Shown here: one piece after another, positions 1-11,175 of the stretch | How positions within the stretch are numbered: position 1 is the stretch's first letter | Layout: the number at the start of each line of letters is the position of its first letter | NCBI GenBank assembly: GCA_964016885.1 | Contig: OZ024760.1 | Span: forward strand, 7,006,001 to 7,070,000 | Direction of reading: 5' to 3' | DNA from: Eledone cirrhosa | Taxonomy: Eukaryota | Length of the DNA: 64,000 nucleotides | Notes under the pieces: model-generated | Database searches by the model: none | What the model saw: only the letters and a program-made list of their open reading frames with translations | What the model was told of the DNA's origin: nothing | Made by a program: the position numbers and the translations under genes

Positions 1-8
1 TGACGGTG

Positions 9-30
9 GAAACAGATTGTAATAAAATAA
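9..30 (+). ncRNA. 3' half of a hammerhead-like motif, cut by the window edge
   Basis: GAAA-CAGATTG-TA^ATAAAATAA: near-palindromic helix III, GUA triplet, and the same helix I 3' strand as the HHRs at 3228, 19333 and 30492. Confidence 0.35.
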
Positions 31-361
31 AAAATTAAAAAAAAAATGTATTTAGCTACAATTTTAAATATATACATAAAAAAACCTAATAAATATAAAA
101 ACAGGGACAAAAATGATAAAGAGGAAGGAAAATGAAGAAAAAAAAGGAAGAAATGGTACAGTTTCAGGCAAGCCAGTACGCTCGCAACATTACCACGGGT
201 GATGGCGAGGCTAAGGCGTTGAAATAACCAGGCACCCTCACGGGCATCACCTGACACCCCAGTAAGGCGAGCTGGCAGTGGAGACAAGAACCCCACAGGC
301 TGGAAAAAATATTTGCAACGGTACAACTTTAAAAAAGGAACGCGTATGTGAGTATGTATGT

Positions 362-870
362 ATGAAAGTAGACTGAAAACTTCAGAGGCTGACTGTGATG
401 CTAGAGCTGTGAAATTTTGCATGCATTAATTTCAATTCTTTTTATCATTAACTGCAAATCCCGTCGTGGTCAGCTTTGCCTTTCATTCTTTCGAGGTCGA
501 TAAAAAGGTACCAGTCCAGTACTGGATCGATTCTTACTCTATAGAAAAAATCGGCTGTGTTCAGACCTGCAGAGGGTTGGGCTCCGCCAGGTTTAAATGT
601 GCCCTATACACTCCGGATGAGGGTACCTCTGCAACTCCACAAAGAGTTATGGGATCTTTATGCTTTTTTATCTTGGTCATAGGCTGACTATGAAGGAGTG
701 ATGCTTGAGCTGTGAAATCTTGCATTCGTTAATTTCAACTCTTCTTATTAATAACTGCATTGTTTCCTTTTAAGAACTATGTTGAAAAATAAACCTCATT
801 TGGTCATTCAAATGAAAGTATCTTGGTCATAGACTGATTATGAAGGAGTGATGCTAGAGCTGTGAAATCT
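362..870. mobile_element. Mariner-like MITE fragments, same family as 57030-57332
   Basis: Repeated 'ataggctgactatgaaggagtgatgctagagctgtgaaatcttgc' and 'actatgttgaaaaataaacctcattt' are reverse complements of parts of the 57030-57332 element. Confidence 0.5.
455..652 (+). mobile_element. SINE variant with an alternative 3' tail (other copies 5608-5812 and ~53280-53496)
   Basis: Core 'ctttgcctttcat...ggtcgataaaa' joined to the tail 'gaaaaaatcggctgtgttcagacctg...ctccaca' in three copies. Confidence 0.55.
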
Positions 871-1049
871 ATGTATGTATTTGTGTTTATGTGTGTATGT
901 ATGTACCCCCCTCCTCTCTCGCTCTCTCTCTTTATATATTTATATATTCATCGTCGACAGTAAAATTGGCAAAAGATGTTAACGTTTTCGAAATTGGAGA
1001 TATTCGGACATGTAGTTGGTAAATAATTATCTTTTTTGTATTATTTATT

Positions 1050-1121
1050 GATTCTGAAGAATTCAGTACAGAGGAATAAAATGGTACTTTCTTCTGTATT
1101 TGTAAGAAACGTTCGTACATC
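1050..1121 (+). ncRNA. Type I hammerhead ribozyme motif
   Basis: gatt-CTGAAGA(1054-60), 12-bp helix II AGTACAGAGGAA/TTCTTCTGTATT, GAAA(1106-09)-CGTTCG-TA^CATC. Helix I has 3 bp plus a mismatch at the first pair. Confidence 0.6.
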
Positions 1122-1151
1122 TGTTAAATAATGTAATTAAACTCACCCACA

Positions 1152-1187
<36 letters not shown>

Positions 1188-1273
1188 GAAAAATTGAACA
1201 GGGACAGAACAGAGAGGCAGTACGATAAATGTTTATTAAATTCACGCTCAGGAGAGTGGGGGGTAGGTGGAGG

Positions 1274-1305
1274 ACGACGTTTCGGGCATAAGCCCTTCTT
1301 CAGGT
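1274..1305 (-). ncRNA. Minimal PLE-type hammerhead motif
   Basis: Minus strand: ac-CTGAAGA-AGGGC-TTAT-GCCC-GAAA-CG-TC^GT with a palindromic ACGT helix III and AATAAA downstream. Helix I is only 2 bp. Confidence 0.6.
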
Positions 1306-1496
1306 GAGAGTTCAAAAGGTGTGTAGGGGAGTGGTGGAGAGACATATAGCGAAAGGAAACGGTACGAATGAAAAATTAACAAATAAAGACAAAAATATAA
1401 TAAATAATAAATAAAAATAAAGCATGATCAAAATACAAGGAATGAGAACATTTAAAAATAAAGGCATGATCAAAATAATATATATATATATATATA

Positions 1497-2507
1497 CGCC
1501 CCAACATAGTAGCCGTCGACGCCCCATCAGGGACTGCCAGATTTCTTCAGACGTCTAGAGACCTTTCTTGGAACGTCCCGCTCTTTAGTGTTAATGGGTG
1601 ACTGGAACGGTATCTTAGATGCACGCTGGGGTTATGTGGGGCTAGTAGACAGGGCAGGAGGGTGTAAAAGCCTCAACAACCTGCTCAGACGTTTTGAACT
1701 GTCTGACAGGTATAGACTGGATTATCCGAATGTGCCAATGTGGACATGGGCAAACCGCATCGGGTCATCCAGATCATATTTAGATAGGGTATTCTGTAGG
1801 GAAACAGATAAGGCTAGTGTAGGTCGTCCACAATTTAAAGTAGTCGACTACACGGACCAGAAATTTGTGATCTGTGAAGTTGACTTAGATAGACTCCATT
1901 GGCAAGGGCCCGGTTACTGGAAGCTGAACGCGTCGTTCCCGGCGCGCAAAGCTTACAGAGACCGGATTAGTGAATTAGTTAAGCGTGCGTTGACGGGTGC
2001 GATCGTCAACAACAGGTGGTGGCTTACCCTGAGAAGGGCTATTAGAGTAGAATCGATAAGGTTTAGCAAAAGGAGTAGTGATAGAGGAAAATAGAAGAAG
2101 CGTTTAGGACAGGCATCGCAACCGACGTGCTTGCGGCGAGATTGGCACTCGACCAATTCTTCAACGCAAAGCATGAAGGCTGCGTTGTCAGAGCTAGAGC
2201 GCGTGCTCTAAGACACGAGGGGACGAAAGCCGTTCAATGGGCCCGGGTGGTGGAGGCGCGATGTGGCAGCAAGTCCATAATTCGGTTGCATGTTGCTCGA
2301 AAAAGAGCAGATGTCTGCGGCTTTTCAACAGCTCTTTGCTCAAATGTTCGGGAGCGGCGGCGGGCCGGATCGGAGTATGGACTTCGGTGCATACCTCGAC
2401 GGACTGCCGCGGCTCTCAACGACCACAGCGCAGTGCTGCGAAAAGCCGATAACAGCAGGATGAAATACAGGAAGCTATGTCTGACTGCACGAGGGGAAAA
2501 TCACCAA
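1497..2507 (+). pseudogene. Tx1/L1-clade LINE ORF2 fragment (APE endonuclease plus linker), frameshifted
   Basis: ORF 1588-2094 carries APE motifs LMGDWN, MWTW, SYLDRVF, TDQK (SDH-like) and GPGYWKLN. Later frames end at RGKSP, the GKSPGxDG pre-RT motif. Confidence 0.85.
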
Positions 2508-3044
2508 ATTTACATGTCAAAGTTAGCTTAGTGCAAGTAATTGGAATTGAAAAGTTATACACACAGATATTAAATTCAAAAATTCTAACCATCCTAAGAG
2601 TAAAAAGCCCAGCTGAGGGCACAAATAAATTGCTATGGCTCTCACCTTTGGGGCGCCCTCCACTGCAGGAGGTCAGGGGCAATTACCCCTTATTAAATCC
2701 GGCTCCTTGTGTTTGTGATTAATAGATAAGGCTGTATGTACGTTTTTGTTTGTTGTTGTCCCACTTCTCTTATAAAATGCTTGCTATTGTGATAACATCC
2801 TGTTTTGTAATTAAGATGTCTGATGTCTGATAGGACGCATGTTCAAGGCGGTACATTTGGGGTGGTTGGGTGGGTGTAAGAAGGGTACTGCATTTTACGA
2901 TATAGAGTATATATATATGTAGGAGGTGAGTTTTATTGTAGTACAATAAAGCAATGCAGATATCGGATAAGAAGCACTCTACAGTTTGTAGGACTGGAGT
3001 ATACATAATATATAAGAACAAAAGATGGTTAAAAGAGTTCCATG

Positions 3045-3115
3045 TATTTTATTATGCGCATTTCAAAAACAAATATCATCATGCAATAATATTTGTGTTT
3101 TCATCAGATAAAACA
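3045..3115 (-). ncRNA. Type I hammerhead ribozyme motif (inverted copy)
   Basis: Reverse complement of 3228-3298. Confidence 0.75.
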
Positions 3116-3227
3116 GGAGGACATGATATGAAGGTTAAAAAACACTTGTGGATAGGTTAAAAAACACTATGTTGATTTAAAACTGAACTATCCACAAATG
3201 TTTTTTAACCTTCATATCATGTCCTCC

Positions 3228-3298
3228 TGTTTTATCTGATGAAAACACAAATATTATTGCATGATGATATTTGTTTTTGAAATGCGCATAATAAAATA
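3228..3298 (+). ncRNA. Type I hammerhead ribozyme motif
   Basis: TGTTTTAT-CTGATGA(3236-42), long helix II ACAAATATTATT/GATGATATTTGT, GAAA(3279-82)-TGCGCA-TA^ATAAAATA. 8-bp helix I and palindromic ATGCGCAT helix III. Pair 10.1-11.1 is A-U instead of G-C. Confidence 0.75.
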
Positions 3299-4047
3299 CA
3301 TGGAACTCTTTTAACCATCTTTTGTTCTTATATATTATATATACATATATATATACATATACACATACACACATATCTATATATACTCATGTCGGACGGT
3401 CTGTACCTTTCGCTCATGAAATACACCCAGCTTATGCTGACCGGACAACCATGTTGCTTGTTTTTTTCCTATCTTTGGTTTGCTTTTATCCTTCTATGTT
3501 GTTTACTTGTCCCCCTCGCTTTACGCGATTTATTGGTCCCAATAACTTCTTTTAGTTATTGCTCGCACCAACCTGAGGTATATGATTTTTAATGCGATGA
3601 AATACCAATGATGGTTGGAAAATCACTGACGAAGGACTATTTTTATCATATGTAACCCATGTGCAACCACGCAGTATTCTTCTTTCTTCTCATGTTTTAT
3701 ATATATATATATATATTGGGTCATTAAGTATGAAACTTGTAGAAATTTGTTTTTTTTTCTACAAATTTCTTCAAATTTCATACTTTATAAATTTATAAAT
3801 TTGTAAATTTATAAATATATAATAAATTGAAGTGAAAGCAACTGGTGCGTGTGTTTCTTATTGGCAACATGACCCTCCCAAAGAATAACAATATCGGTTT
3901 CAACACACGATTTCAGATAAAGAATCTTGCTAAACAAATTCAGAAACAAAATATATATATATTAATAGTGTAAAAGTAAACAGAAATGACAAATCAAACG
4001 AACAGTTGAAGAAATATATTAGTTTAATGCTTGAAATAATAGGTAGT

Positions 4048-4082
4048 CTAATATTTCGGACACTAGTCCATCATCATAAGAT
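4048..4082 (-). ncRNA. Degenerate minimal hammerhead motif
   Basis: Minus strand: tctt-ATGATGA-TGGAC-TAGT-GTCC-GAAA-TATT^AGA. C3 is mutated to A. Confidence 0.45.
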
Positions 4083-4111
4083 AGAATTAGAAATGGAATA
4101 GAAAGATAGAG

Positions 4112-4156
<45 letters not shown>

Positions 4157-4398
4157 TTATATATATATATGTGTGTGTGTATTTATATATATGTGTGTGT
4201 GTCTTTAGATATTTATATATATATATATATATGTGTGAGTGTGTGTATGTGTGTACATAGTGCTCATTTTGTTAATGTATCAATACAATATCTATCTATC
4301 TTTGATCAGGCGTCGAGTCTGCCGATGCTTTTCGCGCCTATACTTTGAAACCTAAGGTAGCATGATAGAAGTTACGAGTATGAATGACTATGTGTGTG

Positions 4399-4451
<53 letters not shown>

Positions 4452-4486
4452 TCTCTCTTTGACCTGTTCCATATTCACCGCCCTTG

Positions 4487-4526
<40 letters not shown>

Positions 4527-5307
4527 TCTTTTATTCTCTTTGATCTGTTCCATATTCACCGCCCTTGTCATATATAAATGATATATATTTATCCTTATCG
4601 AGCCCTCTTTGAATTTTAGTCTTCAAATTTATATATAATGCTTATTTGTATGCTTTCTATTGAAAATAAACTTATACAGGCTTTGAAGAAGCAGACTTGA
4701 AAAAAGAAAAGCTCTACAAAGTAACAGTGAGCTCGATAAAGTTGACTAAATCAATGTTAGAAACTAATATATATATAGTTATAAAGTGTTGTTAGTAAGA
4801 AGATGGCGTGGTGGTTCCGTTCTAGTTAGAAGTTCTAAATCAACGTTGATGATGAGCGGCTCGTTCATTAGCTTGCGGCGTTGATTTAAGTCTCTCTCTC
4901 TCTGTGTCTGTCTGTTTTTCTTTTCCTTTTCTTTCTTTGTATCCCTCTCTCGCTCTCTTATCTTTCTCTCTTCCCTCCTTCTGAATCTCTGCCTTTCTCT
5001 TCTCTCTTTGTTTTTCTTTTCCACTCTCTCTTTGCGTCTCTCTCTTCCCTCTTCTCTGCATCTCCCTCTCTCTCTATCTTCCTCTCTCACCCAACCCATA
5101 CATTTTCTAGGAAGAAAAGCTGTACAAGCGACCGGTGTCCTATTTAAAAGATTTATCTCTCATCCGCTTAAAACAACAACAAATAACAAAATCAACAACA
5201 AACAAAAAATGAATAACAACAACAAGCAATAAAATAGTTTTAAAAAAAAATGAAGATAAAATAGAGTCTACGAACTCTCGTGACTCAGAAAGTATTAAAC
5301 CTTTTAT

Positions 5308-5500
5308 TCAATCGGTAGAGCGTCGAACAACATGCTTAGCGGCAGAGTTGTGTCCTTTTATGTTCTGAATTCAAATCCTGCCAAGTATAGCCTTGTCTTT
5401 CATTTTTACGGGGTCGATAAAATAAAGTACCAGTAATGCACTGGGATCGATTTAATTGACTTTCCCCTCTTCCTAAATTGTTGGCCTTGTGTCTAAATCA
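5308..5500 (+). mobile_element. Diverged tRNA-derived SINE copy (a similar one at ~9140-9340)
   Basis: B-box-like 'gaattcaaatcc' and core 'ggggtcgataaaataaagtaccag'. Confidence 0.7.
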
Positions 5501-6007
5501 GACACCACTATGTTGAAACAACGAAGGAACCACGGGGCGGCTTGTCCCACATATTCCTTGGGTTGGGTAAGGGGCGAATTGGCGTATTTGTTATTGGGCG
5601 CTCTGACTTCAAATCCCGCCATGGTCAACTTTGCTTTTCATCCTTTCGAGGTCGATAAAAAAGAGTACTAATCCAGTGCTGGGGTCGATTCTTCCTCCGT
5701 AGAAAAAATCGGCTGTGTTCAAACCTGGAGAGTGTTGGGTTCCGCTAAGTTTAAACGTGCCCTAGACACGCCATATGACGGTGCCTCTACGCCTCCACAG
5801 GGAGTTATGGGGAGAAGGGAGAGGGGGATGAGTTGTTTCATGAAGATGGCGATTTTTACCTGTGGTGGCGGGGGGGAGGGGGGGCTCTTACTCAGCATCC
5901 AGTAGTATAACTAGAGTGAAGGGCAGGGCGGTTTGTCCCTGGGACACTTTATCAGGGGTGGGGATGGCTTGGTGTTGGCGTGGCACATTTCGGTCTATTG
6001 TACATAT

Positions 6008-6058
6008 TTCTTCTTCTTCTTCTTCTTCTTCTTCTTCTTCTTCTTCTTCTTCTTCTTC
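6008..6058. repeat. (TTC)n microsatellite
   Basis: Direct reading. Confidence 0.95.
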
Positions 6059-6563
6059 CACATGAGACTGTTGCTGTCTCATGTAGTCGTTCACCTGATC
6101 AATATCAGGGATTAGTTTCCAGGGGGGCCAGCCGCGAGGAGATCAACAAACCTGGAACCTTTCCCCTTTCCCTATATAAACGAGATTTTTAAAATGGTGA
6201 CAGCAAGTTATTTAAAATATCATTAATCTTTAATGGAAACTATTCTCTAATCAATATCGGATCCCAAGAAGTTTTGACATTACACAGCAGTCTTTGACAT
6301 TTTCTCATGTCAGTACATATATCATTATAATTCCTGGATAGGGTAATGGATAAAAGAGACCCCCACACACACTTCGGTCACAAATGACCATTGGTTTAGC
6401 ACCTAGAAAGTTCCTCTCCCAGGCACAAGCCCGGGTAAGGTATTTTTATGGAAAACCAATCGGCACTACCAATGCTATTAGCTGTCAGAACTGAAAGTTT
6501 CGTCAACCTTCTCAATCGTAAACATCGTTTATTTCCATATTACCACGCGTTATTTTAATAAAG

Positions 6564-6748
6564 GGCGGTGGATTGGCAGTATCGGTAGAGGGTCGGACGC
6601 CATGCTTTCCAGCATAGTTACGTCCCTTTACAATCTGAGTTCAAATCCCGCCGAGGTTGACTTTGCCTTTCATCCTTACGGGGTCGATAAAATAAAGTAC
6701 CAGTAATGCACTGGGTAATTGCTGGCCTTGTGCCTAAAGTAGAAATAG
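6564..6748 (+). mobile_element. Young tRNA-derived SINE, full length
   Basis: A box TGGCAGTATCGG, B box GAGTTCAAATCC, TSD TTATTTTAATAAAG. Confidence 0.9.
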
Positions 6749-7116
6749 TTATTTTAATAAAGCATATCGATGTAAGTGGAGTTACTTAAATGAAAATATA
6801 GGTGGCCCTTTTAAGGGCCAAATTAGAAAACAAATTTAAGTTAATTAGAAAACAAGTCATGGTTATCAAATAAATTTGATTTAATCATTTATATTTTCAT
6901 AGTCATGGTTATCAATTTCATGTATAGGGTTGGTGAAAAAAATTTGATAACCATATATTTGTTTTCTAATTTGGCCCTTTTAAGGGCCACCTATATTTTC
7001 ATTTAAGTTAACTCCACTGTTGGTGAAAATGACTTGCTTTCTACATTGATAACCATGACTATGAAAATATAAATGATTAAATCCAATTTATTTGATAACC
7101 ATTATTTGTTTTCTAA

Positions 7117-7301
7117 GGGCGGTGGATTGGCAGTATCGGTAGAGAGTCGGACGCCATGCTTTCCGGCGTAGTTACATCCCTTTACGGTCTGAGTTCAAAT
7201 CCCGCCGAGGTTGACTTTACCTTTCATCCTTACGGGGTCGATAAAATAAAGTACCAGTAATGCACTGGGTAATTGCTGGCCTCGTGCCAAAAGTAGAAAC
7301 A
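7117..7301 (+). mobile_element. Young tRNA-derived SINE, full length
   Basis: Same family, 16-bp TSD ATTATTTGTTTTCTAA. Confidence 0.9.
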
Positions 7302-7609
7302 ATTATTTGTTTTCTAATTAACTTAAATTTGTTTTCTAATTTGGCCCTTTAAGGACCACCTATATTTTCATTTAAGTAACTCCACTTACATCGATATGCT
7401 TTATTAAAATAACGCGTGGTAATACGGAAATAAACGATGTTTACGCTTGAGAAGGTTGACGAAACTTTCACTTCTGACAGCTAATAGCATGGTAGTGCCA
7501 ACCAATCTCTTCTCCATTCCACCGATGTTTTCCAAAGGCAAGGCCGATATTAGTGACATCGCAACTTATTTATACATTGTATATACACTATGTACACATT
7601 ATATATACA

Positions 7610-8020
7610 CTGCATACGATGTTGTTCAAGGAAAAGGCAAAGGCTACAGCTTGGCACCAGTGATATCGCAGCTCATATATACATTATTGGTAGTATTGCT
7701 AGAGCGTCAGACACCATGCTTTGCAAATCCTGCCGAGGTTAACTTTGCCTTTCATCCTTACGATTATATATACAGTATATATATACCGTATATATATACC
7801 GTATATATATACCGTATATATATACCGTATATATATACCGTATATATTTACGCAATATATGACGTTGTCCAAGGAAAAGGCAAAGGCTCATACAAGTGAC
7901 GTTGCAACTCATATATACATTATATATACAGTATATATACGCAATATATGACGTTGTCCAAGGAAAAGGCAAAGGGTCATACAAGTGACGTTGCAACTCA
8001 TACATACATTATATATACAG
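7610..8020 (+). repeat. Degenerate tandem copies of a SINE-derived segment
   Basis: 'gacgttgtccaaggaaaaggcaaagg...agtgacgttgcaactcata' at ~7617, 7860 and 7950, and again at 8777. Confidence 0.7.
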
Positions 8021-8119
8021 TATATTATGTGAGGTAAAGCTTTTACTGTGAAAATACAATAGTATATATAGAGTAATGTAAATGTTATGTGAGATATGTT
8101 TCCATAATATATATAGCAT

Positions 8120-8735
8120 TCCAGTTGTTTTCTTCCTGTTTCTTCTGCAACAACTACAACGGTACGCGATGGGGCCCACCCACAGCCCCGGTGGACAGAA
8201 GGGAGAAGGCGTTTCCCCGGAGGACGGCAAGGGAGACGCGCTGGAAAAGCCACTCCAACTCGCGGGACTCACACCTGCGGCTGGCCAGCTCAGCGCCTAT
8301 GGTGGTGAGTAAGGGGGTAGCCCTGGGGGCCGAGGACACCAGAAGTCTCCACTGCCAGGGGTACGACCGCAAACCTGTCGGTGAGCGACCGGTATTTGAG
8401 GAGTTTGGCCCCCTCAGCCCGACGTGCAGCAGAACCTGGGTCAGTCGCGGACTGTACCAGGTTGCGGCTGCAGAAAGTGTCGGTGTAAGTAGCATCCCAA
8501 ACGAGGGATTTGCCACCGCGGAACGGGAAGATGGTCATGCCATCTGGCCTTTTGCCGTCCCCTCGATCCAGACCCACCGGCTCGAGCTGAGAAGGGAAGC
8601 CTGCAGCGTCCAAGCCATGCTTAATGACCTCGTTGAGGGCAGCATGGCGTGTAATGCGGCCGGCACTGTGGCAACAGGAAAGGGGGTGGAGGCCGAAAGA
8701 GTCCACGGTGGAACCGCAGCGACATTGGTGTGGCG
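8120..8735 (-). pseudogene. CRE-type (RLE) non-LTR retrotransposon 3' fragment
   Basis: Zinc knuckle HQCRCG..LHPLSC, then RH..LN, EP, KRPDG, LVWDAT, AEGAKLLKY and PLAVETSGVLGP. VLRGNA follows after a frameshift. Confidence 0.85.
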
Positions 8736-9353
8736 TATATTATACACTATATACTGTATGTATATACACAATATATGACGTCGTCCAAGTGAAAAGCAAA
8801 AACCGATACAGCTTAGCACCAGTGACATGGCAACTAATTCTTTTTCTAGCCTAGTAAACTGGAGCAACGAGAAAACAATAGTTTCTTGCTCAAGGACATA
8901 ATGCATCGCTCTGTTTGGGAATCGAACTCACAACCTCACGATCGTGAATCCAACTCTCTTACCACTAAGCCACCCACCTTTATTAATTTCTGGATAGTTC
9001 TACACGACGTTCTAACGACTCTGCCAATTCTTAGTCAAACTAAAAATGCCAAACATTGCCCAACAAATACCAAGCAGGATTTTCATTGATAACAACTTTG
9101 ACTGGTACTATATATTTTATTATTTTATCCATCCCAAATGCGGCGGATTAGCAGAATCGGTAGAACGTCGAACAACATGCTTTGCGATTTAGAGTTACGC
9201 CCCTTTACTTTCTGAGATGAAATCCCGCCGAGGTTAGCTTTGCCTTTCATCCTTACGGGATCGATAAAATAAAGTACAAGTAACGCATTAGAGTCAATTT
9301 AGTCGACGTTCCCCTCTCCCTAAAATTGATGGTCCTCAATCAGAGATCATTAA

Positions 9354-9540
9354 GGCGGTGGATTGGCAGTATCGGTAGAGGGTCGGACGCCATGCTTTCC
9401 AGCATAGTTACGTCCCTTTACGATCTGAGTTCAAATCCCGCCGAGGTTGACTTTGCCTTTCATCCTCACGGGGTCGATAAAATAAAGTACCAGTAATGCA
9501 CTGGGTTTTTGCTGGCCTTGTGCCAAAATTAGAAACAATT
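9354..9540 (+). mobile_element. Young tRNA-derived SINE
   Basis: Near-identical to 6564-6748. Confidence 0.9.
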
Positions 9541-9652
9541 ATTTTATCGACCCCTGTCTGATGAAAGGCAAAGTTGACCTCAGAGAAATTTGGAATTAGA
9601 GACGGCAGAACCGGAACGAATACGGCAAAGCATTATACCCGACATTCTAACG

Positions 9653-10022
9653 CAACGTTTCGCAACCGGTGTTCTCCGGAACCCAGGCTTCCAATAGCGG
9701 TCGCATGAAGTCGTTAGTGATCCCGCTAGAGGTCACTAAGGGTTCCGCAAGAGGTCGTTAGGGGTCCCGCGAGAGATTATTAGGGGTTCTACAAGAAACA
9801 GTGATAAATAATCTATTGCATTTTTGTGCAAATAGCTGGCTTCTTTAGTGAGAAATTTGTGCCTGGCTTTTATTCATAATTTCCTCAATGTTTGGTCGAA
9901 TATGAGTCAGATACAACCTCATTACTTCTTCCGTTGTACGTAATTGCATTTTCTTAGTGTGCCGTTCAAAATTTCGCGGCAGACTTTGGAAGATCTCGCG
10001 GCACACTGGTTGAGAATCACTG
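9653..10022. mobile_element. hAT-like MITE
   Basis: Imperfect TIRs CAACGTTTCGCAACCGGTGT / ACACTGGTTGAGAATCACTG (15/20). The flanks TTCTAACG and CTCTAGAG do not match. Confidence 0.6.
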
Positions 10023-10030
10023 CTCTAGAG

Positions 10031-10552
10031 CACAGGTTATCAACCCATTTAGGCCAAACGCCCCATTTTGTCCCTCAAAATCACGAAACGCCCCCCCCCC
10101 TCTATTTTTCCATTTTTCAATATACTATTGATTTTTATATCAGTAGATTACTAAAAAATTGATTAACAATATTCCAAAGATGTGTGTATTATCTGATTAT
10201 GTGTTGTATGTGGTCCTAGATGTGTGTGCTACTCGCTTCTGTTTTTTCTTTTTTTTTTTTCATTTGTAATATTATTTATACAATAGGGAATAAAATAGAT
10301 CTACATAGTGTTAACTCGTTGCGGTTGAGTCAATAATTTCAGACATGAAATACATTGTTAACGGTGAAGGAAAGATAAGATCTAACTGGCTGCGCTCAAA
10401 GTGTCTTTGACCCAGTTGACTGTGGGTTTTTCCATTTTTAGGATCTCAATTACCGGTTAACGCCCCCTAACCCCCTCCCCAGCTCCAAACGCCCACCCTG
10501 GAGTTCCGAAATGCCCCCCGGGAGTGCATATGCCCCCCGTTGAGAACCTTTG
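10031..10552. mobile_element. hAT (Charlie-like) MITE
   Basis: TIRs CACAGGTTATCAAC / GTTGAGAACCTTTG (12/14) and a perfect 8-bp TSD CTCTAGAG. Confidence 0.8.
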
Positions 10553-10650
10553 CTCTAGAGCAACAAGACTCACTATTTAGCTTTAATAAAATGAATATTA
10601 AAACTCTATTTCGGTATTGAGTGCTTTTTTCACTCAGCCGTCAACCACAT
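10553..10650 (+). mobile_element. Truncated HHR-module tail, homolog of 11703-11800
   Basis: About 95 bp near-identical to the tail after the HHR at 11669. It starts exactly at the helix III palindrome CTCTAGAG. Confidence 0.75.
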
Positions 10651-10652
10651 AC

Positions 10653-10706
<54 letters not shown>

Positions 10707-10708
<2 letters not shown>

Positions 10709-11175
10709 AAGGCGGGTAAAATTCCCGAGATCCATGGACGAGTTCTCTCCAGCGGTCTCTGTCCCTCATTATCGCTGCTATATCCTGCATCTCCAACAGA
10801 CCAGTGTCTGTCCTTAGGGCATCAACATATGTTAACCTTGGTCTTCCTCTTCTAGTGTGTCCATGTAGGGGCTCCCAAAGCAGCTTGAGATCGGTGTGGA
10901 AGTCGGACCTTCGTAGAGACCTGAAAATCCGCCTCTTCATTGCTGTAGTGGAGTCTGTGCTGCTGTATGGGTCTGAGACTTGGACACTGACCAAAAGACT
11001 CACTCAGATGGTGGATGGGTGCTACACGAGAATGCTGAGGATGGCTCTGAACATTAATCAGTATACACTGAGGATGAAAAACTCAGAGCTGTATGGGAGC
11101 ATCCCAAAAGTCAGCTCAAAAGTGACACAGAGGAGACTGAGGTTGGCTGGACATGCTCACCGACATCCAGAGTTG

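Larger units (their letters stand above)
2919..3337. mobile_element. PLE pLTR-like module with 150-bp inverted arms, each carrying an HHR
   Basis: Arms 3006-3155 and 3188-3337 are near-identical reverse complements, flanked by (TA)n. The same family occurs at 30413-30597 and 35673-35856. Confidence 0.7.
6462..7499. mobile_element. Non-autonomous foldback DNA transposon, Merlin-like
   Basis: Ends GGCACTACCA...TGGTAGTGCC, inverted arms of roughly 250 bp once the SINEs are removed, and a perfect 8-bp TSD AACCAATC (6454-61, 7500-07). It interrupts a repeat whose intact copy is at ~49330-49550. Confidence 0.75.

Noticed and set aside
2600-2708. Harbinger-like terminus (TAAATCCGGCTCCT); another candidate near 5898
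   Set aside because: Only one end is visible, with no TSD or partner TIR.
3620-3645. CTGACGA-AGGAC, a possible HHR 5' half
   Set aside because: No helix II partner or GAAA; too little evidence.
4300-4365. GAAA-CCTAAGG-TA^GCA, a possible HHR 3' half
   Set aside because: No convincing core or helix I upstream.
6564-6650. tRNA gene
   Set aside because: The A and B boxes belong to multi-copy SINE heads with TSDs and an extended spacer; no cloverleaf.
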